Made by a program: the position numbers and the translations under genes | Shown here: piece by piece, positions 1-9,025 of the stretch | How positions within the stretch are numbered: the first letter of the stretch is position 1 | Layout of the letters: every line of letters starts with the position of its first letter | The notes under the pieces: model-generated | Seen by the model: the letters and a program-made list of their open reading frames with translations, nothing else | What the model was told of the DNA's origin: nothing | Databases searched by the model: none | Assembly (NCBI RefSeq): GCF_000150275.1 | Contig: NW_002060982.1 | Coordinates: 185,773-208,310, forward strand | DNA: 22,538 nucleotides | Direction of reading: 5' to 3' | Source: Trichoplax adhaerens | Lineage: Eukaryota; Animalia; Placozoa

Positions 1-199
1 GTTTTCAAGCTAAAAGATAAACTTAAAAATTGAATAATATTATTATATTAGAGTACATCAAAGCTATGTGACTTCTACTAATTTGTTATTGCGGAGATAA
101 GGCAAATGAATCATATTTTTAACTTATAATATCTATTTCTGCTTCTTAATTTTAACCTAACTTGCGGCTTTTACGATATTGTGCCATTAATATTGATTG

Positions 200-811
200 A
201 AAAATCAATCAAATAATACTAAATATAGATATTTCTATACATCATGTAATGCTTGAATACTTCGCATCTATTGGCGATAAAACTGCAATATAGTAAATAT
301 GGTCATTCTATTTTAATGGCTATTTGAAGCTTACAACAAAATAAATTATGACCATTTACTAATTATAAGTTTTATAAATAATTAATTAATCATTGTAATT
401 CTGATTAAATTTTCATATTGGTACTTAATATTACGTTAAAGCGGTAGCCTCTTGATTCGAGTTAAGTACCGCATTACAATTTGTTAATTTTTTCTCTAAT
501 TCTGCGCATATTTATCCTATTTTCAAAGTATATAGTAATGTATCCTTATTGCCTACTCTTATCAAATTTAATTTATAACATTCAGTACAAATATAAGTCG
601 AAGTACAAAAATATACTCAAAAGTTAGTAATTTCTATAGTTAATAACGTTATAGTTATGAGCATAGATGCCATATAAATTTTATGGCTAATCGTCATCAT
701 ACGTACTCCAACCAAATTTGAAACTTTATATCGACTGTAAGCTATATTGTAGTTCCTTTAATTGTACTATAACAACAAATGTCTAAGAGCCTTACTCATT
801 TCGTTTTCATT
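200..811. repeat. Diverged direct duplication, copy 1 (copy 2 at about 1270-1888); its 5' part (52-375) recurs at 3298-3620
   Basis: Shared tttgaaactttatatcgactgtaagctata (about 717 and 1796), taaagcggtag, tataagtcgaagta and cttactcattt. Confidence 0.88.
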
Positions 812-909
812 GCTGGATGATCTTTCTAACAGCTTTACGTGGAAGCTTTCTACATGAATCCATCCAAAGTGTAAATGAATGGCCCGTTGCCCATCANAGC
901 TTTCATTCT
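796..909 (-). CDS. Candidate 114-nt phase 1-1 exon of an unknown gene
   Basis: ttctatattAG|114 nt open frame (ENESxDGQRAIHLHFGWIHVESFHVKLLERSSSNENEM)|GTAAGG. The donor is retained in the duplicate at about 1872, but that copy has an in-frame stop. Confidence 0.25.
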
Positions 910-1269
910 CTAATATAGAATCGATTTAAATAGTAAATATCTTTATTGACAACGTGAAATAAGTGTGAAAACAATACCTCAACATTTGCACAACGTAATA
1001 TGTCAAACAAGTTACGGTTTAATGTTGTATAGTCGTATAGGCCTAACTACTACATACACAGCAAATATTATCATATTACAGCACTAGTAGATTACTTAGT
1101 ACTTACATATTTTTTTATATTGCACCATAATTTCAGTAGTCGAAAATATCATTGCGAAATTGCGACAGTTACATGATTATTAATTAAGTTCACAAAATAA
1201 AAATTATCAATAATAATTATCGCTTAACATCTCGCTATAATCATAGAGAATAGTCTGATAGTAGATTAT

Positions 1270-1888
1270 AGTAAAAAATTAAATGATATTGAAATTTGAT
1301 ATATTTATACATCACATGTGTATACTGTAATGTTTGAGTATTTCACCTCTATTGCGATAAAGCTGCATATTGCAAATATAGTCATTCTAGTTTAATAATT
1401 ATTGTAAGTTGACAAGGAAATCAATTATGACTCTTAATAAATTAAAAATTTTATAAATAATTAATTATTGTAACACTGATTTAATTTCATATCGGCATCT
1501 AATGTGTTACGATAAAGCGGTAGTTTCTTAAATCTAGTTGAGTGCCTCATTACAATTCGCTAACTTTTGCCTTAATTTTACTCATAACATGTTACAATTT
1601 TAAAGTATACTGTATTCATATTACCTATTCTTATAAAATTCAATTTATGTCATCAGTATAACTATAAGTCGAAGTATCAAAAAAATACTCAAAGCTTATC
1701 CCATGATCTCTCTAGTTAACGTTATGATTAAGGCCCCGAAATAGTTTCGTGACTAATGAACAGCAATCATCAATATGATTCTTTTCTAAACAGATTTGAA
1801 ACTTTATATCGACTGTAAGCTATACTGTAGTTTCACTTAACAGCACTATAAAAATGAATGCAAAGTCTTACTCATTTAATTTTCATTT
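1270..1888. repeat. Diverged direct duplication, copy 2 of 200-811
   Basis: Collinear matches to 200-811 along its length. Confidence 0.85.
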
Positions 1889-2230
1889 TATGGCGTAGCC
1901 TAGTTACGTAATAGTGTCCTGAAGTTTTTAATTACCATGTAACGCCTTGACGTATAACAATTTAAATTTTCGTGCGTGCCGCTTTGGTTAACTTAAATGA
2001 GATTGCTAGTGAGCGTGCTTAAAGCATGAATTCAGATTACGTTAGTGATCTAATTAGGAGCGATAAAACTAGATGTGACGTTAAGTACTACAGAGGCTAT
2101 GGTTGCAGATTGAAAACATGATTACAGATCAGTACTGATTATTAAATATTAAGTGAGCAAAAGAAATGCACGATTAATAAAAGTGTAGTATCAGTCTAAT
2201 CCGATACGTATATAATAAATTAAATGATTT

Positions 2231-2927
2231 CGATGATAAAATGTTACCGCACAACGTATTTTCTAATCAAATTTGAAAGCTGGATTTAGTCTTGACTGCT
2301 ACTTTTGCAATTACTGCTGTTATTTTGCTGCCACTAATTGAGCAAGTGGATAAGATTCAACAAATAATTTTATTTTACCTATAGTGTAGTAGGAAAGTAT
2401 ATTCGAGCTATTAATCATAAGTAGTAAAAGCAATGACAAGTTGTTACAAGTCTAGCCAATAAATTCATGGCTTATAGTAACCTGGAGAGACATGATGCAT
2501 TCTTAATTTACGATCAGATTGACAATGCTTAGGCCGAAGCCAAGTTATTACTTGTTATTACTTTTATTGAGCCAAGATAGAAGCACAACAAACGCTCTAT
2601 TAATAAAAGTGCTATGCTAATCTAATTCAATACCTATATAATAGAGTACGCGTAGGTGTTTCGATAAAACTACCGCACAGCGTATCCTAATCAAATTTGA
2701 AAGCTGGTTTTAGCCTTGTCTGCTAACGTTGCTAATGAGCCAACAAGTGGATAATAATACAAGCAATATTATTGCCAACAAATAATACTATTGTTCCTTT
2801 AGCATAAGGGGAAAGTATTTTCGGATTATAAACTATAAGATGTAGACGTAATCCCAAGTCATCAGAAGTCCAATGGAAAAAATCAAGGCGTTATGATATC
2901 CTGGAGATACATGATGCATTCCTAATC
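2231..2927. repeat. Diverged direct repeat pair, about 2231-2507 and 2662-2927
   Basis: Shared taccgcaca, ctaatcaaatttgaaagctgg, aagtggataa, ggaaagtat and cctggaga(g/t)acatgatgcattc. Confidence 0.88.
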
Positions 2928-3297
2928 CAATGTATCCATCGACATCAAGTAGTTATCTGACACTTTGACGTGCATACGAGTCGTATTGCAAGTTGACTCA
3001 ATTCAATCAGACAGTGAACTGCAGTAGTATAGAGTATTTCCCGAAGTCAAGTTTATAATTGGGTAAATATCAAGTTACAACTCAAATGTCACGTTAAGGT
3101 TTAACACGTTGGATTGTAAGAGCTATTATATATTTACTAGCTATGACAGCCTAAATCGATAGATCAATGTATACTTTTACACGTTACTGCGCTTAAGTCG
3201 CTGACACAACTGCATACAAGTACGCTAATGCTAGACTATCCAATATTCAAGTTAAAAGATACACTTCAAAACTAAACAAATACTACTACAGTAAAGT

Positions 3298-3620
3298 GTA
3301 CATCGAAGCACCATGACTTCTATTAATTTGTTATTACGCAGAAATTACGGACATAAGGCAAATGAATCATATTTTTAAATTACAATAGCTGTTTCTGCTT
3401 CTTAGTTAGCGGTTTTATACAATACTATGCCATTCTTGTTATAAAAAATCAAATGAAGTTAAATTTCGATCTATTTATACATCATGTAATACTTCAATAT
3501 TTCACGTCTAATGGCGATAAAACTACAACATAGAAAATATAGCCATTCTAGTTTATTGATTATTGTAAGCAAGCCAACAAGAAATTAAATTAGGACCATC
3601 GATAAATTAAAAATTTTAAA
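3298..3620. repeat. Third partial copy of the 52-375 segment, in the 3' flank of gene 1
   Basis: Shared ataaggcaaatgaatcatattttta, tttctgcttctta, tatacatcatgtaat and tggcgataaaact. Confidence 0.88.
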
Positions 3621-3969
3621 ATTTTTAGTATTTAATTGACATTTTTAATACTATAGTATAACGCTGTGTAAAACTGACAACCATCTATAAAATTAAGAAT
3701 GTTAATCCAAATTACTATTAGTTTGCTGGGAAGTTTAAAGTTTACTTGTAAAATCATCGTAAGCTGAAAAGTAACTAAGCTTGTATTGTATTCCCTGTTT
3801 TTGAAGGGTTATCTGTTAGGATAGTTAAATTAATTTAGAAGAGTAATTTAAGAAGGTAAAGGCATTCTATAATAATTTTGTCTTGGCGCATATTTTATAA
3901 GTTCAATTTAAATGTACGATAAATTATAAGCTGTATTGAAGATGGCTTTGAGGATAGGCTGTTTGCACT

Positions 3970-4232
3970 CTAGAAATTTTGTTCGTTGTTCTTTGACAGA
4001 ATGATGTCATTCCTACCAATAGTTTGCAAAGCCCGCTGCAATCGGCTAATGCTAACATTGGGATGTGCCTTTTTGTACCAGTAATTGAGCAATTCCATTG
4101 CCTGGTTAAAGACATGGTCGCGATTTTGTTCCATTATAACCTTAACACAAATCGTTGGATCTAGGATGGCCGCTAACTGTGGCCAGTCTGTGCCAATAGA
4201 GCTTGCAATAGGGTGAAAATACTTCCTAGGAT
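3970..4232 (-). CDS. Gene 1 terminal exon: death domain (DD-A1)
   Basis: Acceptor ttctacttgtactatatAG in phase 1. The translation DPRKYFHPIASSIGTDWPQLAAIL...QAMELLNYW...SISRLQRALQTIGRNDII matches the death-domain pattern (GxDWxxLA, LxxW, LxxAL...GRxDI). Confidence 0.85.
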
Positions 4233-7200
4233 CTATATAGTACAAGTAGAAACTTTACTATGAAGTACTATACGAGTATGTTGTAACAATTTCAATTGCA
4301 AATAAATTACTTGATTTTACATGATATAAAGTACAATATTTACATAATGAGCTCTTATGTCGCAATTAGAGTTGAATAATCATCTGGTTCGCTATAATTA
4401 TTTATGTAATGGTAATAATGGCATTAGCGATAGCACAGGTGGAACTGTACTTCTATTGTAAGACTAATAGAAATAAATGGCTCTAATTCGAATTTGAATA
4501 ACTCTGTAAACGAACTACTTACTGGACAAACAATGTACAAATAAATTAAGATTGAATATTTTTTAATTCATAAATCATTATTTATTATGTTCAGTAGCTT
4601 ACTAGTAGCAAGAATATTTTAATGACGATCTTAAAAATTCGTCAGTGATATCATTATCTAGTAAAACTGTATGCGATCATATCATCAGTGGCAAACGTAG
4701 CTTAAAGAATTACATCCATTGACGAGGTAAGGTATTCCTATGTTAGAATTTACACGAAGTAATTGCTCTTAATCATATTTGAATCGATCTACAATTGGAT
4801 TACTAAATGCAATTGAGAATGATTGATAGATATCAATTCAATAGAGGTTTACCTTCATCTTTGGTATCTGTCCATCGGTCTAAAGTAGTGGAATAAAAAT
4901 AGTAATAATCGATTAATAGTTCTATCGTTTAAGTAATCAATGCAGTAGATTAGTGCCCATAATTTTTGATAATAATCAACTATTGTTTACGCTATTACAA
5001 AATCACCTTATATTAAATAGTAAAATAGCTATGATACAGTACATTTATGTCTCTTTGCTTGCTCTATCGTATGAATTTAGTTTATGATATCATAAAAAGT
5101 GATAATATAAGAATGAAGCTGCTGTTTATTCTCACATGCTTACCTATCCAGAATTTTTCATTATAAATCATCCAATCGTTTAAAGATTGACTGGCAAATT
5201 CCATCTTACAATGCTTACATCGAATCCAATTTTGATCTCCTTCCTTGTATTCTTCAGTTATACTTGTTTGTGTATTACATTCACTACATTTGACGAAATA
5301 TCGACAATCGGCCCCTTTAAACTTAACCATCCTATCATTGACAGTGGAGATGAGTTTATTCTTGACAATTTCGTGAGGCCGTTTGACAAATATAGAATTT
5401 TTAACTTTATCGATAATCGATTGACTCCTCTTGAGCTCATTTATTTTCTGATAGCAATATTGTAAACCGATATGAGATTCCTCTTTCCTGACTACAAGAT
5501 AGTGATTGTCATTTGCTAAATAATATTTGGCACATTGATAGTATAATTCTACGTCCGTATTATTCCATTCCTTTAAACAGGAAGATAACAAGCAATAATA
5601 AATTCCATCTGGAAGATATGGAATATCTGTATGCTCGTATCCGATGTAGAGCCAATCTGATTGATGATATTTTGATAAATCGAATGGCTTAACATCATAT
5701 CGTAACAAGTATGGAACAAAGTATTGACATTCTTCGCCGTTGTCGTTCTTCTCATTTGTAATTGAACATAGAATATCATAAGCATGCATGAGTGCCAATA
5801 TAGTTTGCTTACTATTGTCATCTAAATTAAATTTATAAATAGCATGATCAATGTATGATCTTGATAATTTTCCTGTTTGGCTTGCTATATCATAGTCACG
5901 TTTTATTTGTGCACTTCCTTGTACAAAATCTTGTAATTGAATAATGGAACGAAATATACTTAACAACCAATCGACATTAGTTATAATAATTCCGTCGTCG
6001 CCTACTTTATCACAGTAGATGACTTCTCCTAAATCGTGTAGATACATTAGCATAGCGATTAATTCATCACGGTTTTCATATAATCCGTATTGTTGAGACA
6101 AGGTTACTATTTGTTGCATTGTCATAATATTATGCACTTGAGAATGTCTAATTTGATTCATAATAGAAGATGCGGGTTGATTGTTAGTAGGGAGCGATTT
6201 ATTTAATATTGTAGCCATGATATACCATCGAATAGGTATAGGATTCGTAATAAATGGCAGTGATTGTACAAATGCCTTAATGATACCATGTAAACGAAGA
6301 CAACATTGTTGACGCAGCTTCTGTGTCGATGGAGTACTATCAAGAGGATTGCAATCAAAAATAACACCAGAAGAATAGATATGACTGGCATAAGAAGGCA
6401 TGCGAGACGTCAATGTAGACACAAATTGATTGAATCGAGTTCGTCCATCTTTTTCATTGGTGATACAATCGCCATGAGAAGCTACTAAAATAATAATAGG
6501 TAATGAATGCTGTGAAGGTGGTAAATGCTGTTCATCTTCACTTTTAATGTTGACATTGATGGTACTTTGGCTTGTATGGCCAGCTATGATTGATGTAAGC
6601 CATTCTTGCATAGCTTGTAAATACGTCGTTTTGAGTAATTTGTTCTTCCTTGTTCTTACCTTGTCGTTAATGTCTTGCTTAATATTAAATACTAAAATAT
6701 AAATACTATTGACGGAGATAAAGGGATAATGAGTAACATGATAGACGGCATGACCTGCGAAATCCCATATTTTAACATACTGATTTTTATCATCTTTGTC
6801 TGCATTTTGACTTTCCATGGACGAACAGTAATATTGATGTAAGCCTCGTTTAGACTGTGATTCTATTGGAATCTCTGTCCTTGCTATCGCTGCATCTTGC
6901 GTAATGACATTAGTTGCAGAAGAATCGACACTGTGTTGTTGCCAATTTGACACAGGTGGATTATTGGCTATAACGGGTTGATCTATTGGATCCATGTCGG
7001 TTACTTGCTGGCTGATGTTATCTTGACTATCGATACTTGGCTGGGCTAAGTCTTGTATGACTGTCTTGACTTTATCGTCCAGTATTTCAGTCCAATCACA
7101 ACCCTCTAAGTTCATAATATTATAATATTCAGTGTCTACCATAATATCCAAACTCTCAGCCACTTGCGTCGGAGATGGACTGTTGAGTGGTTGCTTGGTA

Positions 7201-9025
7201 AATATTTTTCGAAGAGAAGTTTTGCCCACATTGCGAGGGCCAATGAACATGCCTCGTATTAAATGATTAAAGCAATGACCATGTTTTAAGCCTTTGCTAT
7301 ATGCATTGTAATATTTCTTTTCTTGCAAAGCTGTAGAATAACAAAATGCAGAATAGGGTTACGGTTATCCATCGCTCTCTCGTCTACTACTGTATTAAAA
7401 CTTCACTTACCTTTCTGTTGTATGTGTTGATTGTTCTGACTGCCGTCGATAGTATTTGCTGGCGCTGTAACGTTGTTGGTTTGATTCGGTTGAAACAGTT
7501 CAACGGTACTCTTGATGAAATTTCTCGCTGTTGATGTCGTCGATTTCTGCTTGCGGAGAGTGATTTCGATATTCTTTTTGGTCCTTGTAACTAGGCCATC
7601 ATTTCTGCTTAAGGCTGCGATCTGGAGTGACTTGTTAAAGTTATCCACAGCCTGATCGTACTTGCCTTGGCGCTCATAGATAACTCCTATGCTGTTATAT
7701 GACCGCGCAACATCAGGATGATTATGACCAAGGACTGACAATCGAATTTGCAGTGACTTGTCATGCATATCCACAGCCTGATCGTACTTGCCTTGGCGAT
7801 GATAGACAAGTCCCATGTTGTGATATGACCACGCAACATCAGGATGATTGTGACCAAGGACTGACAATCGAATTTGCAGTGACGTGTCATACATCTCCAC
7901 AGCCTGATCGTACTTGCCTTGGTGATGATAGACAACTCCTATGCTGTTATATGAGTTGGCAACATCAGGATGATTGTGACCAACGACTGACAATCCAATT
8001 TGCAGTGACTTGTCATACATCTCCACAGCCTGATCGTACTTGCCTTGGTGACGATAGACAACTCCTATGCTACCAAATGACCACGCAACATCGGGATGAT
8101 TGTGACCAAGGACTGACAATCGAATTTGCAGTGACTTGTCATACATATCCACAGCCTGATCGTACTTGCCTTGGTCATCATAGACAACTCCCATGTTGTG
8201 ATATGAGTTGGCAACATCGGGATGATTGTGACCAAGGACTGACAATCCAATTTGCAGTGACTTGTCATGCATATCCACAGCCAGATCGTACTTGCACAAG
8301 CGATCATAGACAACTCCTATGTTGTTATATAAACTGGCAACATCAGGATGATTGTGACCAAGGACTGACAGTCTAATTTGTAGTGACATGTTATACATAT
8401 CCACAGCCTGATCGTACTTGCCTAGGCGAATAAAGACATTGCCTATGATGTTATATGAGTTGGCAACATCGGGATGATTGTGGCCAAAGACTGACAATCG
8501 AATTTGCAGCGACTTGTCCGACATAGTCCGACAGAAGTCAAGCTTGCACAAGTCGAAGTAGACGCGCCCAATTTGATAATAACTATCGGCAAGACGAGTA
8601 TCCTTTTCGTCTAACCATTTTAATTTCATTTCCAACGATTTCTTAACGTCTTCCAGTGCTCCGATGTAATCCCCTTGGCGTCTCTTAATCTCACTTTCTC
8701 TTTGTAAACATTGAGCCGTGCTCACTTCATCTTGCAGTTTAGTAGCCACAGTTTGTCCCTTTTCACTCCATTCAACAGCTTCCTTGAATTGATATTGTAA
8801 AGTGTAAATGTCGCAAAGACCAAGATAAATATCGCATGCAAGTCGATCAATATCCGCACTAGGATTCGACAACGAAGCAATCTCATCGACAGCTTGTGTA
8901 TAACAAGATAGTCCGTCCACCAACTGGAAGGCAGTCTTGAATGAGTTGCCCTTGTCGTACAGTGATTGTATACGGGTATAGTGCGGAAGCACACTCGTGG
9001 AACGGACAGATTCATCATCAGCCAT
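3970..9025 (-). CDS. Gene 1: spliced TPR-Roc-COR-death domain (ROCO family) protein, join(complement 9025..7411, 7330..5144, 4879..4853, 4232..3970), about 1363 aa
   Basis: Exon lengths 1615+2187+27+263 = 4092 nt give 1364 codons with no internal stop. All three introns are GT-AG and phase 1. Domain motifs are listed under the individual exons. The ATG at 9025 follows an acceptor-like actaac...tgcag at 9032-9033, so upstream (probably UTR) exons may exist. Confidence 0.85.
4594..4788. repeat. Intronic block duplicated at 14741-14934 (about 90% identical) and more weakly at about 19509-19660
   Basis: Shared strings gtagcttactagtagc, aaaactgtatgcgatcatatcatcagtggcaaacgtagct, tattcctatgttagaattta and agtaattgctcttaatcatattt. 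Confidence 0.92.
4853..4879 (-). CDS. Gene 1 27-nt linker microexon, (D)RWTDTKDE
   Basis: ttccactactttAG|27 nt|GTAAAC, phase 1-1 and open. A positionally equivalent 27-nt exon with homologous flanks exists in gene 2. Confidence 0.7.
5144..7330 (-). CDS. Gene 1 exon: Roc GTPase plus COR domain with C-terminal CxxC..CxxC motif
   Basis: P-loop GPRNVGKT (7218-7241), switch-I Thr (SPTQ), G3 WDFAG (6753-6767) followed by VYHVTH, G4-like IILVASHGD. COR signatures PIPIRW, LMYLHDLGEVIY, VDWL, YFVPYLL and LPDGIY; then CSEC and CKHC. Ends at donor ATAG|GTAAGC (5144/5143). Confidence 0.92.
7331..7410 (-). other. 80-bp phase-1 intron joining the TPR exon to the Roc-COR exon
   Basis: Minus strand reads GTAAGT...ttgttattctacAG. 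Splicing gives G+CT = Ala, then LQEKKYY in frame with ORF 5082..7328. Confidence 0.9.
7411..9025 (-). CDS. Gene 1 exon: N-terminal TPR region (degenerate TPRs followed by about 7 conserved 42-aa kinesin-light-chain-type TPR repeats)
   Basis: ORF 7403..9037 contains the repeated unit HPDVAxSYxxIGVVYxxQGKYDQAVDMYDKSLQIRLSVLGHN. It ends at the canonical donor AAAG|GTAAGT (7411/7410); the ORF stop at 7403-7405 is intronic. Confidence 0.92.
7619..8519 (-). repeat. Coding tandem array of 126-bp (42-aa) TPR units, about 7 copies with high internal DNA identity
   Basis: The anchor (a/g)ggatgatt recurs at 7715, 7841, 7967, 8093, 8219, 8345 and 8471, an exact period of 126. Confidence 0.97.

Noticed and set aside
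4603-4737. Additional coding exon within the conserved intronic block
   Set aside because: The candidate acceptors give stops or a phase-2 end incompatible with the phase-1 DD exon, and the best acceptor is not conserved in the 14741-14934 copy.
5082-5143. Hydrophobic C-terminal tail (SSFILILSLFMIS) as a membrane anchor
   Set aside because: It lies after a canonical G|GTAAGC donor in both paralogues and is best explained as intron read-through. An intron-retained isoform is not excluded but has no support here.
5082-7328. Naming the gene LRRK2, DAPK1 or MFHAS1
   Set aside because: No kinase, LRR or ankyrin domains are present, and orthology cannot be supported from the sequence.
7699-8376. 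225-aa plus-strand repetitive ORF, and the shifted-frame ORFs 7687..7935 and 8065..8313
   Set aside because: Antisense or alternate-frame shadows of the 126-bp TPR array. A stop-free unit repeated in tandem gives long ORFs automatically.
7619-8519. CRISPR array or diversity-generating retroelement as the source of repeat variation
   Set aside because: The units are contiguous in-frame coding repeats without unique spacers. Changes are not adenine-specific (AAC/TGG/CGG/AGT), and no reverse transcriptase, template repeat or cas gene is visible.
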